This document shows, piece after piece, positions 51,760 through 62,298 of a stretch of DNA of 64,000 bases. Each line of letters starts with the position of its first letter. Positions within the stretch are counted from its first letter, which is position 1. Origin of the DNA: a virus; the IMG/VR virus record IMGVR_UViG_3300042923_000319, positions 8,677-72,676 of that record, one strand, 5' to 3'. A model generated the notes under the pieces. That model had not been told where the DNA came from. It saw nothing but the letters and a program-made list of their open reading frames with translations, and searched no databases. The translations under genes were made by a program, and so were the position numbers.

Positions 51760-51990
51760 ATTTTCAAGAAAGGGTGAGTAAATGGCTGGTAAAACTATGG
51801 CAATCAAAAAAGATACCAAAGAAAAAATAGAATCAGTAAAAGTAAAGTTAAACAAAAAGAAAATCGAAGCAAAACTTGGACATGCCCCAGCTTCTATATA
51901 TGTCAATGGTAATAGACTAGTTGTACATGAGGATGAACGTAATGTTTCTGCTGAATTTGCAGAGTTATTAAAGAGTGAAGGATTGATCTA

Positions 51991-52545
51991 ATGCCTAAAT
52001 ATCTACAGCTTTCAGAAGTTCCAACCTATTGTGAATACTTCGACGATATCACAGAAACAACAATAGACCATGCTGAGTCGCTTGTGGATTCCTACTTAGG
52101 TCAAGACCTTATGGAAGCTACGGATACTTGGGAAGGTAAACTCACAAGAAAAAACACAGGGAAGCTTGGACATACCAATGTTACTACAATATTGAGCGTT
52201 AAAGCTGTGTATAAGACACCTGTTGGATTCCAAGAATCACCAATTGATGTATCAAGTGTCTACTGTGACCATAATGGGTATTTTGAGTACACCCCGTTCA
52301 TATCTGCGATGTCAATTAATGCTTTCTTAGGATATCCACTGTATCGTATGAAGATTGACTATAAGCATGGTTATTTAACAGCTCCTACTAATTTAAAACG
52401 TGCGGTTGCTATGATTGCTCAGAATATGAGTGAGAAGAAAACATTTGGTAATATCAAAAGCTATTCTAACCTTGAAGGACAAATGGCACTCTTTGATGAG
52501 TCGGTATTCACTAAAGATATTAGAATGTTGTTGGATTCATTATGA
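51991..52545 (+). CDS. head-tail adaptor
   Basis: HAESLVDSYLG...YKHGY..APTNLKRAVAMI; position. Confidence 0.7.
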   Translation: MPKYLQLSEVPTYCEYFDDITETTIDHAESLVDSYLGQDLMEATDTWEGKLTRKNTGKLGHTNVTTILSVKAVYKTPVGFQESPIDVSSVYCDHNGYFEYTPFISAMSINAFLGYPLYRMKIDYKHGYLTAPTNLKRAVAMIAQNMSEKKTFGNIKSYSNLEGQMALFDESVFTKDIRMLLDSL

Positions 52546-53081
52546 TAGAACCATTAAATATGTTTAGGTCACAATGGCAGACTGCAAAAATCAAAGGTAA
52601 GGCTGATGAGCACATTGTGATCACAAGGTCTGAAAAAAGTAATTCTCAAACTAACTATAATTATATCCGTAAAGGTACTGTGAAACGAAAAACAGCTATT
52701 GTAAACGGTGATTTTATTACAGTTGATAATGATGATTACTTTGTAACTGGATCAATGCCCACACAGGTTAAATTGATAAAAACCAACTGTACTGTTGATA
52801 TCTACAAAGTAACTGGTAGTAACGCTAGTGGATTTACAAAAGCATTGTTATCCACTAGCAACCCAAGCTTTCAAAGGACTGTTAGTGATAATATGAGGCT
52901 TTACGACGCTGGTTTACTACCACTGACAGTAAAGAAATTCATATTACCTGCGTTAGACATTACACTTACCAATAGGATTGTATTTAATGGTATCAATTAT
53001 TCAATTAATGCAATTGACAATAGTAAATACGAGAATCTATTGGAAGTCCAAGTTGAACCAGATAAGAGAAACGCTAAATAG
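52542..53081 (+). CDS. head closure/stopper-like protein
   Basis: Position; NRIVFNGINYSINAID. Confidence 0.6.
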   Translation: MIEPLNMFRSQWQTAKIKGKADEHIVITRSEKSNSQTNYNYIRKGTVKRKTAIVNGDFITVDNDDYFVTGSMPTQVKLIKTNCTVDIYKVTGSNASGFTKALLSTSNPSFQRTVSDNMRLYDAGLLPLTVKKFILPALDITLTNRIVFNGINYSINAIDNSKYENLLEVQVEPDKRNAK

Positions 53082-53092
53082 GAGTGATTTAG

Positions 53093-53269
53093 ATTAAACC
53101 AAATAACTTCATCAATGAGTATCCTTGTACTTTCGTCGAAGAGCATAAGTTTCTTCAACAGAATGGATTTAAATATAACTTTGTCAAAGTAGTTGATGGA
53201 GTTACTACTTGGAAATATCCGAAGTCACGAGAAATATATCAAAAGTTACAAGAATTTTATTACAAATAA
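53093..53269 (+). CDS. small conserved-looking protein with ATT start, absent from the ORF track
   Basis: AGGAGTG RBS; IKPNNFINEYPCTFVEEHKFLQQNGFKYNFVKVVDGVTTWKYPKSREIYQKLQEFYYK fills the gap exactly. Confidence 0.65.
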   Translation: MKPNNFINEYPCTFVEEHKFLQQNGFKYNFVKVVDGVTTWKYPKSREIYQKLQEFYYK

Positions 53270-53326
53270 CCACTTGAGAGAAATCTTGGGTGGTTATTTT
53301 TATGTTCAAAATAGGAGGGTTATAGA

Positions 53327-54193
53327 GTGATAGATATGGAGCAAATAGTTGAAACAAAATGGTCTTCTGGTAATAGATGGTTGTATGAAGAAAAAGGATA
53401 CGTATTTACTAAAAAGAACGATACTTTATATGTTAAAGTAAAAGATTTATCATTAAATTCTCATATAAAGGTAAAATATACTTGTGATATGTGTGGTAAA
53501 GATTTACAAGGTTCTTATCAAATGTTTAATAGAAGTAAAGATAGTTTATGCTGTGCTTGCGCCACTAAAACAAAATCAGCAGATAAACGCAAGAAATCAT
53601 TTGAAAAAGTAAAAGAAACTATAGAATCAAGAGGTTATCAGTTATTATCCACGGAAAATGATTATAAAAGAAATACGAGCAAATTATTATGCGTGTGTAA
53701 AGAACATGGTAATTTTATATCGACGTATAAATTAATATTCAAAGGGTGTGGATGTCAAACTTGCGGAGTAAAAAGAAGAAGTGGTGAGAATCATCCATTC
53801 TGGAATGGTGGAACAACTGCAATAGGACATTATCTCCGAGATATTATTGTTCCATGGACTCACCAACAACTACAACGTACTGGTTGTAAATGTGAATTGA
53901 CTGGCAAATATGGCACTCTTAATGTTCATCACATGTATTCTTTTAGCAATATTATTAAAGATACTATGGAAGAATTACAACTTGATATTAGACCAAATAT
54001 AAGCGACTACAGTGAAGACGAGCTTCAACTGATAGTCGTTAATTTTTTGAAAAATAACGAACTAAAAGCTAAACCAATTGTGATGCTTGAGTCAGTTCAT
54101 AGGGACTTTCACAAGTTTTGTGGTGGCACATCTAAAGATACTTCATTCAAACAACTAGAAGAATTTAAGAAGATGTTTAAGGAGGTGGTTTAA
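53327..54193 (+). CDS. zinc-ribbon HNH-like (homing) endonuclease
   Basis: Paralog of 40481..41344; CELTG...VHHMYSF...VHRDFH. Confidence 0.75.
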   Translation: MIDMEQIVETKWSSGNRWLYEEKGYVFTKKNDTLYVKVKDLSLNSHIKVKYTCDMCGKDLQGSYQMFNRSKDSLCCACATKTKSADKRKKSFEKVKETIESRGYQLLSTENDYKRNTSKLLCVCKEHGNFISTYKLIFKGCGCQTCGVKRRSGENHPFWNGGTTAIGHYLRDIIVPWTHQQLQRTGCKCELTGKYGTLNVHHMYSFSNIIKDTMEELQLDIRPNISDYSEDELQLIVVNFLKNNELKAKPIVMLESVHRDFHKFCGGTSKDTSFKQLEEFKKMFKEVV

Positions 54194-54727
54194 ATTTTTG
54201 AACCACAGATAGCTTTAATTCTCCATTCATGGAGCCGAGGAGTTGCAGCAACATTAGAAGCAAAATGGGGGAATTTGAGTGGCATCGACGGTACAGGTAA
54301 AGTTCTCGAAGATTCACCATTTGTTCAAAGCGGTAACATTGTTGAGTATATACGATGCGTTGGTGCTCGTGCGTGGATTGGAGAATATGGAGGTGGTTCG
54401 GAAGCTGATTTATTGAATCCTTATTTGGACGAATACGTTAATAATCCTAACTTCAACCATTACCGTAGTAAATCAGACATGACGGTTCGCGGTCGTGACG
54501 CTGGCGAGTATCTTGACCTTAACGGAGAAGCCCACGAATCTACAGGCAGAGCTGCTGGTAAGGACTTGGAATTAAAGCCAGTATATCAAGGAATGTCGAT
54601 GCCACCGATGCACATTATCGAAGAAAATATCCAAGCATCACTCCCAGATTTGTATGCTAGGCTCAGCGTCGTAATCCCACAGCTCATAGCACAACAACTT
54701 GCCATCGATTTCACAGTAACCATATAG
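54194..54727 (+). CDS. neck/tail completion protein (probable ATT start)
   Basis: GGAGGTG RBS then ATT, in frame with the 54275 ORF; AWIGEYGGGS. Confidence 0.6.
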   Translation: MFEPQIALILHSWSRGVAATLEAKWGNLSGIDGTGKVLEDSPFVQSGNIVEYIRCVGARAWIGEYGGGSEADLLNPYLDEYVNNPNFNHYRSKSDMTVRGRDAGEYLDLNGEAHESTGRAAGKDLELKPVYQGMSMPPMHIIEENIQASLPDLYARLSVVIPQLIAQQLAIDFTVTI

Positions 54728-54737
54728 GAGGTGAGTT

Positions 54738-55160
54738 ATGGATAACGCCTTCAGAGCACAAGAGAAAATGTTCCAATGTTTCCTCTCAGATGAACCACTA
54801 TGTACACTGTTTGGTATCACAGATATCACTGATATGACATTGGTTGATGCGAAGGTACGACGTGTAGCAGCGGACACGACCGTGCTAGACCCTTCAAATA
54901 CCGATGTGTTCCCATTTTTTGATTTTACGTTTCTGCCTATGTATGGAGCTACGAACAACTACCTAACTTATCGAAGTACTCTTGAGTTTAATATCTATGT
55001 GTCAGAGCTAGGACAAGCCCAAGATATCTATGAAACAATCAAGAGGATACTTGATGATAATTATGATGAAAGTGCAGTGATATACCAAGGTCAAGGCAGT
55101 AGTGGAATAAAAGATGTGTACAAATATACTTTCAGAATACACCTCTTGATTAGATCGTAA
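54738..55160 (+). CDS. tail terminator-like protein
   Basis: Position before the tail tube gene; LEFNIY. Confidence 0.6.
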   Translation: MDNAFRAQEKMFQCFLSDEPLCTLFGITDITDMTLVDAKVRRVAADTTVLDPSNTDVFPFFDFTFLPMYGATNNYLTYRSTLEFNIYVSELGQAQDIYETIKRILDDNYDESAVIYQGQGSSGIKDVYKYTFRIHLLIRS

Positions 55161-55214
55161 GGACACCATCGAGTGTCTATTTTTTATACCCAAAAACGAA
55201 AGGATGATGCATAA

Positions 55215-55976
55215 ATGGCTTTTGATTTAAACAAAGAATTAGTGCTCCACAAAATTGGTAAAGGATACCTTAAAACAAAATCTGGTAATTTCAATGAAGT
55301 AACCTATGGACAAAAAATGACTTTCGATGTTAAAGCAACACTAGTCGATGTAGAGGGCGGTGATTCACTGTTTCCGATCTATACATTCATCTCGAAAAAA
55401 GAAGGAACAATCACGATTGACTCTGCAACATTCAGTTTATCGCAGTCTTCCATTGCAAACCAAGTGAATATCACAACAGCAAGCTTGAAGAAAATCAATA
55501 GATTACTATTATCAAGCACTGCAACAACCCTTGGAACTTACACTGGAGTTATTGATGTTAACTGTATTTCTCCATCTGGAGTTCCAATTACAGTTACAAC
55601 CACAGGTATTGCTCCAGTAGATACAGCAGGTGTTGACGTAAGTGCGACTGGTGCTATTCTGTGGGGTTCCGCAGTGGTGGCTGGTGAATATAAATTCTGG
55701 TTTAAATCCGATGCTCCTAGCGAATCTGCTTCTATGGGAATGCTGAAAAATGCAATGCCAGAAGTTAGTGAATTCGTATGGACTATCGAAGGTGCAGAGT
55801 TAGATGGAGATATTTATCAAGTTGATATCTATGCAAACAGAGTGCGTGCTGATGGAGCATTTACTATTGATGTTGCTAAATCTACCGCTACGGTGCCCAA
55901 GCTCCAGCTCAAAGTGCTTGATCCTGGCGATGGCTCTGAGGATTTTGCGAAAATTGTATTGTCAAAAGTTAGTTAA
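55215..55976 (+). CDS. major tail tube protein
   Basis: Position before the chaperone and tape measure; beta-rich composition; terminator follows. Confidence 0.7.
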   Translation: MAFDLNKELVLHKIGKGYLKTKSGNFNEVTYGQKMTFDVKATLVDVEGGDSLFPIYTFISKKEGTITIDSATFSLSQSSIANQVNITTASLKKINRLLLSSTATTLGTYTGVIDVNCISPSGVPITVTTTGIAPVDTAGVDVSATGAILWGSAVVAGEYKFWFKSDAPSESASMGMLKNAMPEVSEFVWTIEGAELDGDIYQVDIYANRVRADGAFTIDVAKSTATVPKLQLKVLDPGDGSEDFAKIVLSKVS

Positions 55977-56024
55977 TTATAGGAGGGCTTCGGCTCTCCT
56001 TATTTTTATTTATAGGAGGTACTT

Positions 56025-56444
56025 ATGGCTGATGTAATTGAAGACCCGTGTGTTTACATTGACAAGAACAATGATGAACATCAAATTTTTTGCATGTTGA
56101 TTAATGACTTACCAGAGGTTAATCGTCTGATATCAAAGTTAAGATCGACAGAATTTACTTATTTAAATGTTCCACTTCCTAAAACGCATATAAGAGGTAA
56201 ATTAAAAGGTTTACCTATGATAGATAAAGCTACCAATGAGCCAATTTTAGACTCTACAGCATGGGACGCATTAATGAAATTATTAGAAATGGCATTGCGT
56301 GAGTCTAAAGAGGAATTCGGTAATTGGGTTGATTTTAAAAATGCTATGGATATCATAGATGTTTTTCAGCAGATTTCTGAAATAAAAAAAAAAGTGACCC
56401 AACAGATGGTGATGGAAGCCTTGCAAAACTTTTCGCAGCAATGA
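56025..56444 (+). CDS. tail assembly chaperone (gpG-like)
   Basis: Position; slippery A-run near 56384-56393. Confidence 0.8.
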   Translation: MADVIEDPCVYIDKNNDEHQIFCMLINDLPEVNRLISKLRSTEFTYLNVPLPKTHIRGKLKGLPMIDKATNEPILDSTAWDALMKLLEMALRESKEEFGNWVDFKNAMDIIDVFQQISEIKKKVTQQMVMEALQNFSQQ

Positions 56445-56623
56445 TAGAGAACACAAGCGAAACAAGAGAATCGCTTGGTAGATACACAATTCCACAGCTT
56501 GAAACAATGGTTGAAGCAATATCAGAAAACAACAAATCACCAGAAGATAAAACAACTGGCAAAGAAAGATTAGAAGACGAAGATGCTCTTAGATTCTTAT
56601 TGAATAATCAAGGTCGTGTATAG
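56391..56623 (+). CDS. -1 frameshift extension of the tail chaperone (gpGT-like)
   Basis: The -1 frame is open from the A-run to TAG 56623 (KSDPTDGDGSLAKLFAAMIENT...YTIPQLE). Confidence 0.75.
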
Positions 56624-56635
56624 GGAGGTGAGTCA

Positions 56636-59600
56636 ATGGCAGATACAGAGAATCAAATAGTAAATCGCATCGTTGTTACAGGTTTAGATGAGAGTGGTCA
56701 GAAGATAAAAACTCTTCAGCAACAATTGAAAGAGCTTAAAGATGCCAAGGATAGAGCCTTCCAATCCGAAGATAGCCAATCGATGTTCAAAGGCGAAGCA
56801 AAAGGTCTTGATGAACTCGGCAAGCTTTACGAAGCTAAATACAGAGAGCTACAAGAGTTTCAATCAACACTAACTCAAGCAACTGACAAAAGAGCACAGC
56901 AAGAAATAGCTATAGCCAATAAAAAGGCACAAGCTGAAGTAAACTCTGCTGTTAAAGCTTCAGAAGAACTTGACAAAATACACAAAGAAACACTTAGGAA
57001 GCAAGCACAAGCCGACAAGCAATCTACTGATGATTTCCTTAAGTTAGGTAAGGAAACTATTAGGAAACAACAAGAGCAAATCGATGCTCAAACCAAGGAA
57101 CAAATAAGACAAGTCACTGGAAATCCAGCGCAAGAAAAGAAAGAGCTTGCAAAGACTGATAGCGTATCTCATGCGAATAAGCAGAGTGATCTTAACGCAG
57201 CTTTTGCAATCCCTCCATCATATATGCAGCAAATGAGTTCATTAAACGATGCTTTTAGAAAGACCTTTACAGAATACAAAAGTGGAGCAATACAACTTGA
57301 TGAATACGCAAGTAAATTAGCAGGATACAAAAAAGACGTTGCTGATATAAATAAATCACAAAAAGATTTTAATTCTGCTATTGGTAACACTAGTAATTCA
57401 TTAGAAGCATTCTCACAAAGAGTTAAGAGTCATTTGACATGGATTGTTGCTGGCGGACTTATTGCCAGTGCTGTAGCTATTCCTGTAGAAGTTACTCAAC
57501 AACTACGAGAAACTGAGTCATTAACAGCTAAAATTAAGCAAAACCTCGAATTAGCTCCAAAATATGAAGGTAATATGTCTGGATTGAATGATGATGTTAA
57601 ACACCTCCAAGACGTTGCTGCTACATTTGCTATGGGTTATGGGGTTAACCTTAAAGACACAATGGAAATGATGCAAGTTTTATCTCGTCGTTTTAAATCT
57701 CCAGAAGAACTAACTTATTACACTAATCTAGCAATGACAATGTCAAAGCTTGACTTTGTTGCGCCTAAAAAAGCGGCAGAAGATCTTGAAGCAACAATAT
57801 TATCTATGGGTTTAAACTTTGATCAATCAAAGAGATTCATAGACGAATTCTCTGTTGCTGTTCATGTGGCTCGTATTACTGGTACAGAGCTACTTACAGG
57901 ATTGCAAAGGTCGGCTGCAACATTCCATAACATGAATTTTAATACAGCAGAAGCAATAGCAATGATTTCTACACTGACTACGGTAACGGCTAAAGCTGGT
58001 GCTAATGTTGGTGCATCATTGAATTCAATACTTATCAACATCGACTTTAAAAAGGCTGCCGATGCGCTTAAAGCCTACTCAATACAAGTTTATGATTCTA
58101 GCGGTCAGATGCGTGATGGCGTTGAAATTTGGAGAGATATTGCTAAAACATTCAATGGGTTAAATACACAAAAAGCCAATGAATTCGCCAACGCAATGAG
58201 CGGAGGTAAATTCAGAGCAAATGACCTTAGAGCACTCATTGGAAACTGGGAAACGTTTGAAAAAATTCTCACAGATATTAACGAAAAAGCGAGTCCAGAG
58301 TTAACAGCAAAATTACTCCAGACGGGTATGGCAACATTGGATACCAATATCACTCAATGTACTGCATCATTACAAGTATTTGGTATGACTATTGGTAACG
58401 CCACGCTTCCACAGTTAAAGGAAATGGTCAATGGGTTAACTCAAGGTGTTCAATGGTTGAATCAAAATAAAGAATCTGTATCAGAATGCGTGAAAGGATT
58501 AGGTGTATTTGTAGAGGCTTTGGTATTATATAGGGCACAGCAAATATTAGCTAGTGGAGCATTAGGTAGATTCATCGAAAATCTATTATTAGAAGCAAAG
58601 ACAGCACCAACTTTTAATGCAGCCATGAGTGGCATGGGTGGTGCTGTGATGGGTTTTGCGACAACATTAGGATTAGCTGTGTTAAAAATGGGTGCTTTCT
58701 ACGCTGCTGCACAATTACTCAACAAGGTTATCGAAGGTAAGAGTCAAGGTAAAAAAGAGGATGACTTCTTAGCATCTATCCAAAGTAAAGAAACACTGAC
58801 AGTCGAAGAGCAAGAAGCTCTCGATGCCATTAATTCTCGTAATGAATATGCTAACCAAAATGCAACATACCAAGGTGAGAATTCACTAACTGGTAAATGG
58901 ACACTATGGGCAGGATCAAGCGATAGTTTTTGGGACAAAGATGGAAAAAACTCTGTAGAAAAAGAAGATTACTGGAATAATCTAAACGACCAAGCTTCAA
59001 AAGCTGTAGATAAAGTGGTGACAAATAAGTCCCTTGATGATGTTAACAAAATGGTTGAAGAAGCTGCAAAGAAACTTCAGGAAAATCCGCCAGCATCACC
59101 AAGCCCATATCAAACAATAGAAGGTCAAGACCTTGGCGGCAACAAAGGTAAAGGCGCAAAGAATCCTCCATCGGATGTCTCAGATAAGCTAGAGCAGAAG
59201 GTTGACACTTACAACACCAAATCTACCTTAGATCAACAAAAGATCGCCACAGACAACTACAAGGCATCTGTAGACAATCTTACGGATTCAGAGAACCGTC
59301 TTGGTAAAACCTATGAATCACTAACACAACGCAGACAACTCATGATTGATCATATGGCAACCACACAGCAAACTATCGCCACACTCACAGCTCAAATGCA
59401 GGAAGACCTAGGTAAAGTCAATACACTCGCTGATGAAACTGGTGCTACAATCACAGTAAACGGTGGTGGTAATAGCCCAGAAGCTACAGCGTTCAGCTAC
59501 TTGACAAACGCAGGATATAACCCAGAAATGGCAGCAGGTATCATTGGTAATCTTATGACCGAATCTGGACTTAACCCTAATGCACAAGCACAGGACGGTT

Positions 59601-61408
59601 CTGGATCATATGGTATAGGTCAATGGCTAGGCGATAGAAAACAAGGGTTGTTTGACTTTGCTAATACCAATGGTTCCGATGCTAGTGCCTTAGAAACACA
59701 GCTAGCTTACTTGGTTCAAGAAATGAAAACCACTGAGTCTGGCTCTATGGCTAAAGTCACTGGATCAACTCCAGAGGAATTCGCTTATGCTATATCTAAG
59801 TATTACGAACGTCCTGCATGGGCAGAAAACCCAGATAGACAACAGAATGCCAGAAGTGTATATCAACAGTATCTCGGTGGAGAATTACAAGGTTCTCCAC
59901 AGCAAGTATCTATAGAGGGTCTCGGAGATACATTGGGTTCCGCAGGTATCAGCAAGGAAGTTTGGAAAGGTATGTCGGCAGAATCTAAGACAGCTTTCAT
60001 TGAAGAACATAAGAAAGACGTTAAGGATGCTGGGTTACTCATTGGATACCTTAAAGCAATCTCTGATAAACAGAAGGATATTGCTAAACTCCAAAAAGAA
60101 ATCGCTGATGGCAATAAGAAAGTTTATGAAGAAACTGTGAATGGTCTTGTGGCTGTTCAAGAATATCAAAACAAAATCAGTGAACTTCGTAAGCGTTCAG
60201 CCATTGCAGTATATGGCGTTGGTGTCACGGATGTTCAGAAAGATCAATCGATACTTGATGACTTAGTTGAGCAGAAAAAGAACTCTGATGAAATGCTTAG
60301 ACAAGCCAAGAAGTTTGGTATAGATATCTTTAAAGACCCTAAGATAAATGAAGAACGTATCAAGAATCTTGAACTAGGGAACTCAATAGATTCGCAGAAG
60401 AATAAAGGCATCACAGATCAATATAAAGAAACTGCTGATGACATTGAGTATCGTAAGAAAATCAGCGAATACAATATTGGTTCTGATAATACTGTCGATC
60501 AAAACCAAAGTAAACGCATAGTAGATATTGATTCAGCCAGAGAAAAAGTTAAGGCTCTACAGGATGCTATTGATAGACTTAGGGTTCGCAATAATGGTGC
60601 TTTCGATACAAAAGAAATCAAGGATTATAACTTACAGCTCCTTGAGGCTAAAAAGACATATAAGGAATTAGCTGAAGCTCAGAATAAGCAGATCAGAGAA
60701 AGCCTTGAAGGCATTACAAACAGTGTTCTACTCCAAGGCGAGTCCCTTAAGAGCGTCTGGAAGAAGCTATGGAGCGACTTAGCGAATGAAGCGTTAAAAG
60801 CATTGTTCCATGTCCAAGACGGCACCCAGAGCACACTAGGGAAGTTACTAAGCTCATTCAGTGGAAGTAAAGCAACGAATTCTCAATCTGGTAACTTTGC
60901 AGGTTTATTAGGTAACACTGATTGGCTAGGAACAAACAAAAAATCTACCGCTTCCAGTAACACTGACTGGGGTGGTATGATAGGCAGTGTTTCAAAGCTA
61001 TTTCATGCCAAAGGTGGCATTGTTGACACCCCTGCAATCGCTGGTGAAGATGGTGAGGAAGTCATAGTTCCCGTACAGAATCACACTGGAAACTCAGCGA
61101 ATCTCATGCAGTACGCAGCGAATAAACTAGGAATGAAAAACTATGGAGTAACACCAGACTTCAAGAATGCTGACATTGCAACTAAAGCAGCGAATATCAC
61201 AGTGAACAGCACAGCGCAAATGGCGAAGACCAATTCGATATTGGCTACTCAGAATACTATATTGACTACCATGTTGAATCAAATGGCGAACAATAGTGGT
61301 AACAATGGGACGGCTGTGGTAGTTGCTGGTGGTGGACAACAGAGTCCTACTATGGATGACTTTACGAATATGTATAGTAAAGCTATGGCGATGCGGAATA
61401 TAAAATAA
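56636..61408 (+). CDS. tape measure protein with a phage tail lysozyme domain
   Basis: 1590 aa; TP901-like core; AAGIIGNLMTESGLNP...YGIGQWLGDRK; HAKGGIV..AGEDGEE. Confidence 0.9.
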   Translation: MADTENQIVNRIVVTGLDESGQKIKTLQQQLKELKDAKDRAFQSEDSQSMFKGEAKGLDELGKLYEAKYRELQEFQSTLTQATDKRAQQEIAIANKKAQAEVNSAVKASEELDKIHKETLRKQAQADKQSTDDFLKLGKETIRKQQEQIDAQTKEQIRQVTGNPAQEKKELAKTDSVSHANKQSDLNAAFAIPPSYMQQMSSLNDAFRKTFTEYKSGAIQLDEYASKLAGYKKDVADINKSQKDFNSAIGNTSNSLEAFSQRVKSHLTWIVAGGLIASAVAIPVEVTQQLRETESLTAKIKQNLELAPKYEGNMSGLNDDVKHLQDVAATFAMGYGVNLKDTMEMMQVLSRRFKSPEELTYYTNLAMTMSKLDFVAPKKAAEDLEATILSMGLNFDQSKRFIDEFSVAVHVARITGTELLTGLQRSAATFHNMNFNTAEAIAMISTLTTVTAKAGANVGASLNSILINIDFKKAADALKAYSIQVYDSSGQMRDGVEIWRDIAKTFNGLNTQKANEFANAMSGGKFRANDLRALIGNWETFEKILTDINEKASPELTAKLLQTGMATLDTNITQCTASLQVFGMTIGNATLPQLKEMVNGLTQGVQWLNQNKESVSECVKGLGVFVEALVLYRAQQILASGALGRFIENLLLEAKTAPTFNAAMSGMGGAVMGFATTLGLAVLKMGAFYAAAQLLNKVIEGKSQGKKEDDFLASIQSKETLTVEEQEALDAINSRNEYANQNATYQGENSLTGKWTLWAGSSDSFWDKDGKNSVEKEDYWNNLNDQASKAVDKVVTNKSLDDVNKMVEEAAKKLQENPPASPSPYQTIEGQDLGGNKGKGAKNPPSDVSDKLEQKVDTYNTKSTLDQQKIATDNYKASVDNLTDSENRLGKTYESLTQRRQLMIDHMATTQQTIATLTAQMQEDLGKVNTLADETGATITVNGGGNSPEATAFSYLTNAGYNPEMAAGIIGNLMTESGLNPNAQAQDGSGSYGIGQWLGDRKQGLFDFANTNGSDASALETQLAYLVQEMKTTESGSMAKVTGSTPEEFAYAISKYYERPAWAENPDRQQNARSVYQQYLGGELQGSPQQVSIEGLGDTLGSAGISKEVWKGMSAESKTAFIEEHKKDVKDAGLLIGYLKAISDKQKDIAKLQKEIADGNKKVYEETVNGLVAVQEYQNKISELRKRSAIAVYGVGVTDVQKDQSILDDLVEQKKNSDEMLRQAKKFGIDIFKDPKINEERIKNLELGNSIDSQKNKGITDQYKETADDIEYRKKISEYNIGSDNTVDQNQSKRIVDIDSAREKVKALQDAIDRLRVRNNGAFDTKEIKDYNLQLLEAKKTYKELAEAQNKQIRESLEGITNSVLLQGESLKSVWKKLWSDLANEALKALFHVQDGTQSTLGKLLSSFSGSKATNSQSGNFAGLLGNTDWLGTNKKSTASSNTDWGGMIGSVSKLFHAKGGIVDTPAIAGEDGEEVIVPVQNHTGNSANLMQYAANKLGMKNYGVTPDFKNADIATKAANITVNSTAQMAKTNSILATQNTILTTMLNQMANNSGNNGTAVVVAGGGQQSPTMDDFTNMYSKAMAMRNIK

Positions 61409-61682
61409 AAGAAAAATCGAAGGTGTCCTATAATGGATGCCTTCGATAATTGTTGTGTGTACAAATATTAAATTTAAAGGAATGTGATAAAAATGACTAA
61501 AGAACAAGCAATTGAAAGAACAGAATCCATCGGAATTGGCAGAGGTAAATACACAGAGGAAGCGATAGAGGAAATACGTGTGCGCTATGCTATGCGTGAA
61601 TCTCATATTATCCAGTCGCTAAAAACTGCTATTTATGAAGCCGAAACCAAAGCCGAAAAAGATAAGGCAATCGAAGAACTTG

Positions 61683-61937
61683 CTAAATATCTTTAGAAAT
61701 TAATTTTTGAATATCATCGTTAATTTTCTTATTGTTAGCATCGATTAAGTCGGCTAGCATCTGAGGAACAATAGTATCTATGTACCAAAGGAAGAATTGC
61801 TCAATATACTTTATTGATCCATTACCAAATTGTGCTATTAGTGAATTCCTTTCTTGGGTATATAACTGCTCATATTTGGTTCCATTTAGCTCATCCAGCT
61901 TTCCTAAAACTTCATCCCTCGTGAATCCAATAATCAT
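61683..61937 (-). CDS. hypothetical protein (moron)
   Basis: RBS AGGAGG on the minus strand. Confidence 0.6.
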   Translation of the reverse strand: MIIGFTRDEVLGKLDELNGTKYEQLYTQERNSLIAQFGNGSIKYIEQFFLWYIDTIVPQMLADLIDANNKKINDDIQKLISKDI

Positions 61938-62034
61938 TTGTAAAACCTCCTGCTATTTTTAGTATATTATGGTAGTTCGACAGGAGGTAAAGTTTTCCTG
62001 CAAATATTTACAAAAAAATAAACAAAAGAGAGCC

Positions 62035-62283
62035 TTAGTTGGCTCTCTTGATTTCTTTATGGCAATGCTTACAAATTGTTGCTTCTGACTGTATTAGCTC
62101 AGCACAGAAAGGACATTGTTTCTTTTTGCTTATCCATAATGAATGAATAAAAGCGACAGGGAATAAAATGAGCCCATACAATAGCCACTTGCGAAAATTT
62201 CTTCCTTTATAATCTGCAATAAGTGCAGATATAAGAGCAATTACCGCTGGAATTAAAAGATATGATGTAGATATATTGACCAT
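62035..62283 (-). CDS. membrane protein with a zinc ribbon (moron)
   Basis: Two TM segments; CPFCAE...CKHC. Confidence 0.75.
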   Translation of the reverse strand: MVNISTSYLLIPAVIALISALIADYKGRNFRKWLLYGLILFPVAFIHSLWISKKKQCPFCAELIQSEATICKHCHKEIKRAN

Positions 62284-62298
62284 GATGTTATCCTCCCT

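Noticed and set aside
784-60114. Numerous antisense and overlapping ORFs in the track (e.g. 784..969, 5517..6140, 8103..8414, 47121..47535, 57169..60114)
   Set aside because: They are shadows of well-supported genes on the other strand or frame, with no RBS or motifs
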